From contig CAJAIJ010000050.1 of the NCBI GenBank assembly GCA_903939845.1, forward strand, positions 76,456 to 140,455: a stretch of DNA of 64,000 bases, read 5' to 3'. Positions 20,108-29,206 of the stretch are shown here, piece after piece. Position 1 is the stretch's first letter, and each line of letters starts with the position of its first letter. A model generated the notes under the pieces. The model was given only the letters and a program-made list of their open reading frames with translations. It had not been told where the DNA came from and did no database searches. A program made the translations under genes and the position numbers. This stretch comes from an uncultured Solirubrobacterales bacterium. Lineage in GTDB: Bacteria; Actinomycetota; Thermoleophilia; Solirubrobacterales; 70-9.

Positions 20108-20662
20108 ATGCCGACGGAAATGATCGATCTCGACGAACTCGGCCTCTCATCCGGGAGTGCGACGACACTGGAAGGTGAGGTCGAGTTGGGCGATGTCGAG
20201 ATCGGTGGTCAGGTCTACACCCCCGATCCCGCCCTGGCTCCGTTTCGGCTGGATCTCTCCCGGACCAGCGCAGGCTACGCACTCAGGCTCAGGTTCAGAT
20301 CGAGATTGGCCGGCCCCTGCTTCAGGTGTCTCGACGGTGCACGTGCCCGGGTCGACGTCGACGCCCGAGAGGTCGACCAGCCCTCTGTGGATGGCATCAA
20401 AGGGGTCGAACTGGACCCCGACGAATCCGGCGTGCTCATGGCCGAGCTCGACAGTCCCTATGTCGAAGAGGGAGTGCTGGCCCTCGAACGGTGGGCGACG
20501 GATGCTCTGATCCTGGCTCTCCCCAACCAGATCATCTGCCGGGAAGACTGTCTCGGGCTCTGTCCCGGGTGTGGTGAGAGCCTCAACGATTCCGACCCGG
20601 CCGATCACGAGCACGGGCAGACCGGCGACCCCCGCTGGGCCAAGCTGAAGGATCTGGGCTAG
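20108..20662 (+). CDS. yceD: YceD/DUF177 family protein (large-subunit rRNA accumulation)
   Basis: 184 aa. C-terminal CREDCLGLCPGCGESLN motif. Sits directly upstream of rpmF, as is typical for DUF177. Confidence 0.8.
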   Translation: MPTEMIDLDELGLSSGSATTLEGEVELGDVEIGGQVYTPDPALAPFRLDLSRTSAGYALRLRFRSRLAGPCFRCLDGARARVDVDAREVDQPSVDGIKGVELDPDESGVLMAELDSPYVEEGVLALERWATDALILALPNQIICREDCLGLCPGCGESLNDSDPADHEHGQTGDPRWAKLKDLG

Positions 20663-20746
20663 CCGGCAGATCAACTCTCGCCGTCTCCATCCCCGATCGG
20701 GGATGGAGAGGTCATCGGCCCGAGTTTCGACTAGACTGGCCACTCC

Positions 20747-20962
20747 ATGGCAGTTCCCAAGAAGAGGACATCGAGCGCGCGCCGCGACCGCAGGCGGGCC
20801 ACGCATCGTGCCGCGAAGGCGCGAGTCAACTACTGCCCGGGCTGCTATTCGCCCAAGCTTCCGCACCGGGTCTGCCCCTCTTGCGGCCAGTATGCGGGCC
20901 GCGAAATCGTTGCGAGCAGACCCGCCGTTCCCGAACCGGCACCCCAGACTTCCGACGAGTAG
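20747..20962 (+). CDS. rpmF: 50S ribosomal protein L32
   Basis: MAVPKKRTSSARRDRRRATH...CPGC...CPSCG. Confidence 0.93.
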   Translation: MAVPKKRTSSARRDRRRATHRAAKARVNYCPGCYSPKLPHRVCPSCGQYAGREIVASRPAVPEPAPQTSDE

Positions 20963-20964
20963 GT

Positions 20965-22020
20965 ATGCCCATGGCTGACCGCCGGGCCACCGTTGCCGTA
21001 GACGGTTTCGGCGTCGAGCATGGGTTCGATGTTCTGGCCTCCGGAATAGGTGAAGCCGTTGGTGACGGCATCGCGGTCAGGGTGTTTGGTCCGTCGGCCG
21101 AACTCGAGCCCCGGATCGGTGATCTCGATCCGGTCGAGATCGTCGATTCGGTCGAGTCGATCGGAAACGATGAAGAACCGGTCGGGGCGGTCAGGTCGCG
21201 TCCCGAGGCCTCGATCGTCAGGGCCGTGGCCGATGTCGCCGCAGGTGATTCAGACTCGGTCGTCTCGCTGGGATCGACCGGAGCCGCGATGGCCGCGGCT
21301 ACTTTCGGCCTCAAGCGAATTCGCGGAGTCAAGAGGCCGGCGCTGGCCGCGCAGGTGCCCCTCCCGGGACGGACCGTTCTGTTTCTGGATGTAGGGGCCA
21401 ATGTCGAGGTAAGGGCCCGTCATCTGGTTCAGTTCGCCTGTCTCGGTGCGGCCTTCATGAGTGCGGTCAACGGGTTGGAGCGGCCACAGGTCGGATTGCT
21501 GAACGTGGGAGAGGAGAAGGGCAAGGGTCGTCCGGTCGACAGGGAGGCCGAGGCGTCCCTCCTGGAGATCACCGCAGACCCCGGTTTTGGAGCGTTCGAG
21601 TTCCTCGGCAATGTCGAAGGAAGGGATGTGCCGGCCGGGATCGCCGACGTGATCGTCACTGATGGCTTCACCGGGAACGTCGTGCTGAAGGCCATGGAGG
21701 GTGCCGTGGCAACCGTGACCGGCGCGATGAAGGAGGCCGCACGGTCCAACCCGGCATCGGCGGTAGGGGGACTCCTGCTCAGGCCGGCCCTGTCAGGGAT
21801 GAGGCGCGACCTCCATCCGGACACCACGGGCGGGGCAATCCTCCTCGGCCTCCGGAAGAGTGCCGTGATCGGTCACGGGTCCTCCGGGGCCGAGGGCGTC
21901 GCGAACGCGATCCGGCTGGCGGCCCGGTCTGCCGAAGGCGACGCACCGGATCGGACCTCGGCGCTTCTGGCCAGCACCGGTCTCGATCGACGAGAGAAGG
22001 ACCAGACGACCGAGGAGTGA
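20965..22020 (+). CDS. plsX: phosphate acyltransferase PlsX
   Basis: From ATG 20965: VAVDGFG...GSTGAAMAAA...FLDVGANV...TDGFTGNVVLK. Confidence 0.9.
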   Translation: MPMADRRATVAVDGFGVEHGFDVLASGIGEAVGDGIAVRVFGPSAELEPRIGDLDPVEIVDSVESIGNDEEPVGAVRSRPEASIVRAVADVAAGDSDSVVSLGSTGAAMAAATFGLKRIRGVKRPALAAQVPLPGRTVLFLDVGANVEVRARHLVQFACLGAAFMSAVNGLERPQVGLLNVGEEKGKGRPVDREAEASLLEITADPGFGAFEFLGNVEGRDVPAGIADVIVTDGFTGNVVLKAMEGAVATVTGAMKEAARSNPASAVGGLLLRPALSGMRRDLHPDTTGGAILLGLRKSAVIGHGSSGAEGVANAIRLAARSAEGDAPDRTSALLASTGLDRREKDQTTEE

Positions 22021-22114
22021 ACGGGGCGCACTCTCGGCTACCCGCTCCCTTCTCATCGTTGGTCAGCGCCCTCCGGTGGCCGGTGACGCTTCCTTCCGTG
22101 ATAGGAAAAGGGGC

Positions 22115-22360
22115 GTGGACAGAGACGAAGTCATGCAGCTCGTGCGCGAACACCTCGTAGCCGAACTCGAACTCGAACCGGCCGAGATCAAGGAGGGGTC
22201 GCGGTTCCGGGAAGACTTCGATGCCGATTCGCTCGATCTTTATGAACTGGTCATGGAGCTGGAGGACCGTTACGGGATCTCGGTCTCCGAGCAGGAGGCC
22301 GGCGAGATAAGCACCGTCGGGGATGCAATTGACTTCGTTCTGGCCAAGACCGGGTCGTAG
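22115..22360 (+). CDS. acpP: acyl carrier protein
   Basis: GTG 22115 gives 81 aa with the FDADSLDLYELVMELE phosphopantetheine-attachment motif (DSLD). AGGAAAAGGGG lies upstream. Confidence 0.88.
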   Translation: MDRDEVMQLVREHLVAELELEPAEIKEGSRFREDFDADSLDLYELVMELEDRYGISVSEQEAGEISTVGDAIDFVLAKTGS

Positions 22361-23066
22361 AAGGCCCCGCAGCGGGGCGCGGGGCTCCGGCGGGGAGACC
22401 CTCCGGGACCTCGTGGCAGCCCTCCCGCCCGAGGCTCGCGAAGCCGCCTTACGGCACTCCTCCTGGGCATCGAACCGGCTCGAATCCTACGAGCGTCTGG
22501 CATTCCTCGGGGATAGCGTCCTCGGCCTGGCCGTCGCATCGAGCCTCTTCGGGGAGTTCCCCGATCTCGATGCAGGAGAGTTGACCAAGATCCTCAACCA
22601 GGCGGTGAGCGGACCGTCATGCTCGAAGGTGGGGACGGAGCTCGGAGTTCCCGAGATGCTGATCGCAGCCGATTCCGGGAAGGGGGGAGGGCACCGAACC
22701 TCGGCAGAGGATCTGATCGCAGCCGAGCGACCCCTGCCCGAAATGACCGAGGCACTGATCGGAAGCTGCTTCCTCGCGTTCGGTTTCGAGCGCACGGCGG
22801 CTGCGGTGATCGACGCCTTTGCTCCACGCATGGAAGAAGTCAGGAACACTAGGACCGACTTCAAGTCCGCGCTCCAGGAGACGGTGGCAGCGAAGGGCCG
22901 ACAGGTCGAGTACGAGGTGGTGGCGACCTCCGGCCCGGCCCACGACAGGACCTACGAGGTCATGGTCACGGTCGAAGGGAGTCAACTGGGCCGGGGAACC
23001 GGTCGAAGCAAGAAGGCCGCTGGTCAGGCCGCCGCCGAGCAAGCGCTGGCAAACCTCGACGACTGA
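22323..23066 (+). CDS. rnc: ribonuclease III
   Basis: ERLAFLGDSVLGLAV signature and a C-terminal dsRBD (GRSKKAAGQAAAEQAL). The start is uncertain: ATG 22323 overlaps acpP by 38 nt, and GTG 22413 is the alternative. Confidence 0.88.
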   Translation: MQLTSFWPRPGRRRPRSGARGSGGETLRDLVAALPPEAREAALRHSSWASNRLESYERLAFLGDSVLGLAVASSLFGEFPDLDAGELTKILNQAVSGPSCSKVGTELGVPEMLIAADSGKGGGHRTSAEDLIAAERPLPEMTEALIGSCFLAFGFERTAAAVIDAFAPRMEEVRNTRTDFKSALQETVAAKGRQVEYEVVATSGPAHDRTYEVMVTVEGSQLGRGTGRSKKAAGQAAAEQALANLDD

Positions 23067-23123
23067 GCTCCGATCGGCAACAGAAGGGGAAACGTCCGAC
23101 CCTTTCGTAAATCTTCATCGCCC

Positions 23124-25472
23124 ATGTACCTGAAGTCGCTGAAGATGAAGGGGTTCAAGTCCTTCCCCGAGAAGACCGAACTCGAATTCGCCCCTGGCGT
23201 CAGCGTGGTGGTCGGGCCCAACGGCTCGGGCAAATCGAACATCACCGACGCCGTCCTCTGGGCCCTCGGAGAGCAGAGCCCGGCTGCGATCAGGGGCTCC
23301 TCGATGCAGGACATGATTTCGCTCGGCGGCAGCTCGACCGGGGCACGCCAGGCTGCCGAGGTCGAGGTGGTGATCGACAATTCAGACGGTCATGCCGGAG
23401 ATGACTTCTCCGAGATCTCGATCACTCGTCGCCTCGATCGCGATGGCGAGGGCGAGTATCGAATGAATGGCGCCAGGTGCCGTCTCGTCGATGTCATCGA
23501 GGTCCTTTCAGACGCCAACCTCGGAAAAGAGATGCACTCCGTCATCAGTCAGGGCAAGGTGGACTCGATCGTCCACTCGAAGCCGCGCGAACGCAGGCTC
23601 CTGATCGAGGAGGCGGCCGGCCTCGGCAAGTTTCGACGGCGGCGGCGACGCTCCGAGCTCAAGCTCAAAGCGACTCGGGACAACCTCGACCGGGCGCTCG
23701 ATGTCGAGCGCGAGGCGCGGCGTGCACTCCGGCCTCTGAAGCAGCAGGCGAACGCGGCCGAGATCGGAGCGCGGATCGAGCGTGAGGAGCTGGGGCTCAA
23801 GGCCCGGATCCTCGCCGAGGATCTCCGATTCGGTGAGGCTCGGCTCGAGCAGGCTCGCAAGGAGGCCGATCAGGCGAGGTCTCAGCGCGATGTCCTCGAC
23901 GAGAGGCTCAAGAAAGTCTCGGCTCGGCGGGCTGCGGCCGAAGAGAAGTTCGCCAGGCGCGACCGCGAGCGGACCGAGATGTGGGGGACCCTGAACTCTC
24001 TTCGGGCCGCCAGGGAGAAGATCCATTTCGGAGGGGTCTCGATGGCTCAGGCGATTCGATCGCTCGAACCCCGGGTCGAGAAGATGCGTCTGGAGCTGGC
24101 ACCACTCACGCTCGACCTCGACGGCGTAGCCGATGGTGCTGACCGTGCAAGCAGACTGGTCGAGGAGCTGAAAGAGGTGTCCAACGGTCTGGAGCGAGCC
24201 CGAAAGGGTCTCGACCGCGCCGGTTCCGAGGTTCCGGAGAAGGAACGCCTGAGCGGTCTGGCCGATGTCCACGCCGGAGCAGGTCACGCGATCGACCACA
24301 CTCGCAGGGCGGAGAGCCTCTTGGGCGAGAGGCACCGCGAGCGCCTTGGCGAGAGTCTCGAGCGTGTCGAGTCCCTGATCGGCGCGATCCGGGACCTGAT
24401 CGGAGCCGGAACCGCCGCCTCTGAGGCGCTCGGAGCACGTGTCGCCAGGTCCGAGGCCAGCGTGGTCGGGGACGGCGAGGATGCAGACGAGATCGCCCGG
24501 GAGCTGAAGGCCTGTTCGGACGAGGAAGTCGAGATCCAGGCCGGCTTGAGGATGATCGCCGAGAAGGTGACGACCGCCGAGGTCGAGGCGGCTCATCTTG
24601 AGGATCGGCGTGCCGAGGCGGTCGGTGAGCTCGAGCGCATCGCGACCCGGACCGGGGATCCGACACCGGAGCCGGAGGAGCCGATGGCCGAAGAGGAGCG
24701 GACGACGGTCGAGCGCAGAATCGAGTCGCTCCGGACCCGGAGGGAGAAGCTCGGGCCGGTAAACCCGCTCGCCCAGCGCGAGTACGAGGAGGCTCAGGAG
24801 CACCTTTCTGCCCTGGTCGAGCAGAGAGAGGACACCGAGCGGGCCCTGAGGGAGCTCGAGTCGGTCATTCGGGACATCGACGAGGAGATCACCCGATCTT
24901 TCGACCAGACCTTCGAGGCGACGGCGGCGAACTTCGAGGAGATGATCGGCAAGCTCTTCCCGGGCGGTAGCGGTCGCCTGAGGAAGGTCGAGCTCACGCC
25001 GCCGCCCGGATCCGAAGGGGGTGAGGCCGAAGCTTCCGATGGAGACGACCTCGATGACGAGGACCTCGACCGCGACCCGGATGGCCGGGACTTCGGGGTC
25101 GAGCTGGAGGTGACACCCAAGGGCAAGCGGACCCGTCAGATGAAGCTCCTCTCGGGAGGCGAGAAGGCCCTGACCGCCCTGGCCTTCGTTTTCGCGGTCT
25201 TCCTCGCCAGGCCCTGTCCGTTCTACATCCTCGACGAGGTAGAGGCCGCCCTCGACGACGCGAACATCTCCCGCTTCCTCGACCTCGTGTCCGAGTTCTC
25301 GAACCGCACCCAGTTCATCATCGTCACCCATCAGAAGCTCACCATGGATGCGGCAGACGTCCTCTACGGCGTCAGCATGGGTGGCGACGGCATCACCAGG
25401 GTCGTCTCCCGGAGATTGCCCAGGGCCGCGGATCAGGCCGCGCAGGGTTCCGGCCTGAGCGAAGCCGCCTGA
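23124..25472 (+). CDS. smc: SMC-family chromosome partition ATPase, unusually short (782 aa)
   Basis: N-head MYLKSLKMKGFKSF...GPNGSGKSN. C-head LSGGEKALTALAF plus FYILDEVEAALD. Canonical rnc-smc-ftsY position. See findings for the missing hinge. Confidence 0.85.
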   Translation: MYLKSLKMKGFKSFPEKTELEFAPGVSVVVGPNGSGKSNITDAVLWALGEQSPAAIRGSSMQDMISLGGSSTGARQAAEVEVVIDNSDGHAGDDFSEISITRRLDRDGEGEYRMNGARCRLVDVIEVLSDANLGKEMHSVISQGKVDSIVHSKPRERRLLIEEAAGLGKFRRRRRRSELKLKATRDNLDRALDVEREARRALRPLKQQANAAEIGARIEREELGLKARILAEDLRFGEARLEQARKEADQARSQRDVLDERLKKVSARRAAAEEKFARRDRERTEMWGTLNSLRAAREKIHFGGVSMAQAIRSLEPRVEKMRLELAPLTLDLDGVADGADRASRLVEELKEVSNGLERARKGLDRAGSEVPEKERLSGLADVHAGAGHAIDHTRRAESLLGERHRERLGESLERVESLIGAIRDLIGAGTAASEALGARVARSEASVVGDGEDADEIARELKACSDEEVEIQAGLRMIAEKVTTAEVEAAHLEDRRAEAVGELERIATRTGDPTPEPEEPMAEEERTTVERRIESLRTRREKLGPVNPLAQREYEEAQEHLSALVEQREDTERALRELESVIRDIDEEITRSFDQTFEATAANFEEMIGKLFPGGSGRLRKVELTPPPGSEGGEAEASDGDDLDDEDLDRDPDGRDFGVELEVTPKGKRTRQMKLLSGGEKALTALAFVFAVFLARPCPFYILDEVEAALDDANISRFLDLVSEFSNRTQFIIVTHQKLTMDAADVLYGVSMGGDGITRVVSRRLPRAADQAAQGSGLSEAA

Positions 25473-25511
25473 TCCGCCCGGACCGTTCAATATCAAGCAG
25501 GGTGGGATCCT

Positions 25512-26525
25512 TTGACTGTGGAATGGAGTGACATCCTCGACACCGGTGTAGCACCGACCGGTCCTCCGGACTCCGGACCCGTCGAGGAGGGGGAGAAGAA
25601 GGGCGCCTTTCGTCGTCTGAGGGAGAGTCTCTCGAGGAGCAGGCAGGCGCTGGCCGAGGAGCTGACCGCGAGCCTGTTCGACCGGGTCGACGAAGAGACC
25701 TGGGAGAGACTGGAGGAGGCCTTGATCCTGGCCGATGCCGGACCGATGGTCACGGCGTCGGTGGTAGAGCGTCTCGAAATGGAGGTCGATTCCGGCTCCG
25801 TGGCACCTGAGGGTGACGCAATCAGGGAGCGCCTGATCGAGATCCTGGCGGAGATCGCCCGTCTCGATGGCGATTCCGTTCGGCCGATCGATCTGACCGC
25901 CAGGCCTTCGGTGCTCCTGGTCACGGGAGTCAACGGGACCGGAAAGACCACGAGCATCGGCAAGATCGCCTGGCACCTCTCGAACGAGTTCGGTCTCGAC
26001 GTCCTGCTCGGTGCGGCCGACACCTACCGGGCCGCAGCCGCAGAGCAACTGGCCGAGTGGGCCGATCGGGCCGGCGCCGGGATCGTTCGGTCACAGGAAG
26101 GTGCCGACCCGGGTTCGGTTGCCTTCGACGCGATCGAGGCCGGGAAGGCCAGGGGCTCCGACGTCATCATCATCGACACAGCGGGCCGTCTCCAGACGCA
26201 GGGAAGCCTGATGGATGAACTCGGGAAGGTCAGAAGGGTGATCGAGAAGCAGATCGAGGGCGCTCCGCACGAGACCCTGATCTCGATCGACGCAACGACC
26301 GGCCAGAACGGACTCAGGCAGGCCAAAGCCTTCGCCGAGGCAGTGCACCTGGACGGCGTGATCCTGACCAAGCTGGACGGAACGGCCAAGGGCGGGATCG
26401 CACTGGCGATCGCCTCCGAGCTCGACATCCCTGTCAAGTTGATCGGGATCGGCGAAGGACTGGAGGACCTCAGGCCCTTCGACCCGGACCAGTTCGCCCG
26501 GGCCCTGGTGGGTTCGGGCGAGTAG
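25512..26525 (+). CDS. ftsY: signal recognition particle receptor FtsY
   Basis: GVNGTGKTTSIGK, GADTYRAAAAEQL, IIDTAGRL, TKLDGTAKGG. Confidence 0.93.
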   Translation: MTVEWSDILDTGVAPTGPPDSGPVEEGEKKGAFRRLRESLSRSRQALAEELTASLFDRVDEETWERLEEALILADAGPMVTASVVERLEMEVDSGSVAPEGDAIRERLIEILAEIARLDGDSVRPIDLTARPSVLLVTGVNGTGKTTSIGKIAWHLSNEFGLDVLLGAADTYRAAAAEQLAEWADRAGAGIVRSQEGADPGSVAFDAIEAGKARGSDVIIIDTAGRLQTQGSLMDELGKVRRVIEKQIEGAPHETLISIDATTGQNGLRQAKAFAEAVHLDGVILTKLDGTAKGGIALAIASELDIPVKLIGIGEGLEDLRPFDPDQFARALVGSGE

Positions 26526-26560
26526 ACAGCCACCGCTCCTGCCCCCTGCGGCCGTAGCGG

Positions 26561-26566
26561 TAGTCT
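26561..26566 (+). promoter_or_regulatory. -10-like TAGTCT box 7 nt upstream of the ffh ATG (leaderless candidate)
   Basis: TANNNT hexamer. No purine-rich SD fits in the 7-nt spacer. Confidence 0.45.
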
Positions 26567-26573
26567 GGCCTCG

Positions 26574-27938
26574 ATGTTCGACCAGCTCTCGGAAAGGCTC
26601 CAGTCCACGCTCGCCGGCGTCCGCTCCAAGGGGCGGCTGGGTGAGGAGGACGTCGACAGGGCGATGCGTGAGATCCGTCTGGCGCTGCTCGAGGCCGACG
26701 TCAACTTCAAGGTCGTCAAGTCCTTCACGGCCCGGGTGAAGGAGCGCTGCCTCGAGTCCGAGGTGCTGGAGAGCCTCGATCCGGGCCAGCAGGTGATCAA
26801 GGTCGTCAATGAGGAGCTGACCGACCTCATGGGCGGATCGGGACGTGATCTCGCCTTCGTAGACGGTGGCCTGACCGTGATCCTGATGGCGGGCCTTCAG
26901 GGCTCGGGAAAGACGACCGCCTCGGCAAAACTCGCGGCCCTGCTCGGCAGGGACGGACGGAAGGTCGCCCTGGCCGCCTGCGACGTCTACCGCCCGGCCG
27001 CCATCGAGCAGCTCGAGACCGTAGGTCGACGGGCCGGGGCGACGGTCTACCAGAAGGGAACCGAGGCCGATCCGGTCGAGATCGCGAAATGGGCGGTCGA
27101 TCTGGCTCGAGAGGAAGGGCGCGACGTCCTGATAATCGATACGGCCGGTCGACTTCACGTCGACGAGGGCCTGATGGCCGAGCTCTCGAAGATCAGGAAG
27201 ACGGTCAAGCCCCACAACATTCTCCTGGTCGTCGATGCGATGACCGGACAGGATGCGGTTTCCGTCGCCGAGTCTTTCTCCGAGGCGGTCGAGTTCGACG
27301 GTGTCGTCATCTCGAAGCTCGATGGCGACGCCCGGGGAGGAGCCGCACTCTCGGTCAAGGCAGTCACCGGCAAGCCGATCATGTTCGCTTCGACCGGCGA
27401 GAAGCTCGACGCTTTCGACCGCTTTCATCCCGATCGAATGGCCGGGCGGATCCTCGGCATGGGAGACGTCCTGAGCCTGATCGAGAAGGCGGAGCAGCAG
27501 GTCGATGCCGACGAGGCCGAGGAGCTCCAGCGAAAGATGGCCTCCGAGCAGTTCACGCTCGAGGACTTCCTGAAGCAGATGCGCCAGGTCCGCAAGATGG
27601 GGCCGATCGGCAACCTGCTGGGAATGATGCCCGGGATGGGCGCCATGAAGCAGCTCAAGGACGTCGATGTAGATGAGGGCGAACTGGACCGGGTCGAGGC
27701 CATCATCCTCTCGATGACCAGGGAGGAGCGCCTCAACCCGGAGATCATCAAGGGGTCGCGCAGGCGGCGGATCGCCGAAGGCTCTGGAACCCGGATCCAG
27801 CAGGTGAACAACCTCGTCAAGCAGTTCGGTCAGATGCGCAAGCTGATGAAGCAGGTGGCCTCGGGCGGAATGCCCGACCCCTCACAACTGGCGAAAGCGA
27901 CCGGCCGGCAGGCCCGCCCGAGGATCCGCCGGCGCTGA
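26574..27938 (+). CDS. ffh: signal recognition particle protein Ffh
   Basis: MFDQLSERLQ..., GLQGSGKTT, DTAGRL, KLDGDARGGAALS, and a Met-rich M domain (GMMPGMGAM). Confidence 0.95.
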   Translation: MFDQLSERLQSTLAGVRSKGRLGEEDVDRAMREIRLALLEADVNFKVVKSFTARVKERCLESEVLESLDPGQQVIKVVNEELTDLMGGSGRDLAFVDGGLTVILMAGLQGSGKTTASAKLAALLGRDGRKVALAACDVYRPAAIEQLETVGRRAGATVYQKGTEADPVEIAKWAVDLAREEGRDVLIIDTAGRLHVDEGLMAELSKIRKTVKPHNILLVVDAMTGQDAVSVAESFSEAVEFDGVVISKLDGDARGGAALSVKAVTGKPIMFASTGEKLDAFDRFHPDRMAGRILGMGDVLSLIEKAEQQVDADEAEELQRKMASEQFTLEDFLKQMRQVRKMGPIGNLLGMMPGMGAMKQLKDVDVDEGELDRVEAIILSMTREERLNPEIIKGSRRRRIAEGSGTRIQQVNNLVKQFGQMRKLMKQVASGGMPDPSQLAKATGRQARPRIRRR

Positions 27939-27961
27939 GACCGTGTAATCTCACGCGTCCA

Positions 27962-28216
27962 ATGGCTGTCCGAATAAGACTCAAGAGGGTCGGTTCCAAG
28001 AAGAACCCGATCTGGCGAATCGTCGTCGCCGACCGCCGCTCCCCCCGGGACGGCCGGAATATCGAGACGATCGGCCAGTACAACGCCCAGACCGACCCCT
28101 CCACCATCGTGATCGACGAGGATCGCGCCCGCTACTGGCTCGAAAAGGGTGCCCTGCCGTCCGAGCGCGTTGCCGGACTGCTGAGGACCAAGGGCATCTA
28201 CGCCAAGGGAAGCTGA
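27962..28216 (+). CDS. rpsP: 30S ribosomal protein S16
   Basis: MAVRIRLKRVGSKKNPIWRIVVAD... Confidence 0.95.
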   Translation: MAVRIRLKRVGSKKNPIWRIVVADRRSPRDGRNIETIGQYNAQTDPSTIVIDEDRARYWLEKGALPSERVAGLLRTKGIYAKGS

Positions 28217-28221
28217 GGGTC

Positions 28222-28452
28222 ATGCAGGAGTTCCTCCTGTTCCTCACCCGGTCCCTGGTCGAGCATCCCGACGCCGTCAAGGTCGAGGAGATCGAAGAGG
28301 ACGGGGATCTGGTCTTCGAGATCACGGTCGATGAGGACGACCTGGGTCGGGTCATCGGACGGGGAGGACGCGTCGCGAACGCTCTGCGCTCCCTGGCCAG
28401 GGCGGCCGCCGTTCGCGAGGAGCGGCGGGTTCTGGTCGACATCCTCGACTGA
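28222..28452 (+). CDS. KH-domain RNA-binding protein (UPF0109 / YlqC-like)
   Basis: 76 aa. GRVIGRGGRVANALRSL KH GxxG motif. Conserved position after rpsP. Confidence 0.85.
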   Translation: MQEFLLFLTRSLVEHPDAVKVEEIEEDGDLVFEITVDEDDLGRVIGRGGRVANALRSLARAAAVREERRVLVDILD

Positions 28453-28468
28453 GCCTCCCGGCGGAGCC

Positions 28469-29179
28469 GTGAAGCTCGACATCTTCACCCTCTTTCCCGA
28501 GGCCTTCGAGTGGTTCCTCGAGCAGCGTCCCGTTCGGAAGGCCGTGGAGGCCGGCTCGGAGGTGAACCTCAGGGACTATCGGGACTGGACTCCGATCAAG
28601 GGCGGCCGGGTCGATGATGCGCCATACGGCGGAGGTGCCGGAATGGTGATCAGGGTCGACGTGGTCGATGCCGCGCTGACCGGCGTATACGGCGCGGGTG
28701 AGAGACCGAGGACCGTGGTCCTGACTCCAGCCGGCCGTCAGCTCGACGACGCCCTCGTGAGTGAGCTTTCGGCAGAGCCAGCCGTAGCGATCCTTTCCGG
28801 TCGCTACGAGGGCTTCGATCACAGGGTTCACGAGCACCTCGCCGACGACGAGGTCTCGATCGGACCTTACGTACTCGCCGGCGGTGAGATTCCCGCAATG
28901 GTCCTCGCGGAAACCGTGGTTCGGAGACTGCCCGGGGCCCTGGGCGATCCCGAAAGCCCGATCGAGGAATCCTTCTCGGAGGCCATGGGCGGACGCCCGG
29001 AGTATCCGCACTACACGAGGCCGCCCGAGTATCGCGGCTGGGGGGTCCCCGAGGTTCTCCTCTCGGGTGATCACGAACGGGTCAGGCGGTGGCGAGAGCA
29101 GCAGAGCGAACTGCGAGCCGGGGTCCGTCAGGGCGACTCGGGCGGCGACTCGGTAGCATCCCCGGACCGTCACCCTTGA
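28469..29179 (+). CDS. trmD: tRNA (guanine37-N1)-methyltransferase TrmD
   Basis: GTG 28469 preceded by GGCGGAG. KLDIFTLFPEAF...YGGGAGMV...GRYEGFDHR...LSGDHERV. Confidence 0.92.
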   Translation: MKLDIFTLFPEAFEWFLEQRPVRKAVEAGSEVNLRDYRDWTPIKGGRVDDAPYGGGAGMVIRVDVVDAALTGVYGAGERPRTVVLTPAGRQLDDALVSELSAEPAVAILSGRYEGFDHRVHEHLADDEVSIGPYVLAGGEIPAMVLAETVVRRLPGALGDPESPIEESFSEAMGGRPEYPHYTRPPEYRGWGVPEVLLSGDHERVRRWREQQSELRAGVRQGDSGGDSVASPDRHP

Positions 29180-29206
29180 GGCTTCGCCCAACCTGACGAA
29201 TATCCC

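Noticed and set aside
23508-26048. 846-aa minus-strand ORF spanning smc and ftsY
   Set aside because: Its composition is R/G/P/L-rich with no motifs. It lies exactly antisense to two well-supported genes. Long antisense ORFs are expected in high-GC DNA because stop codons are rare.
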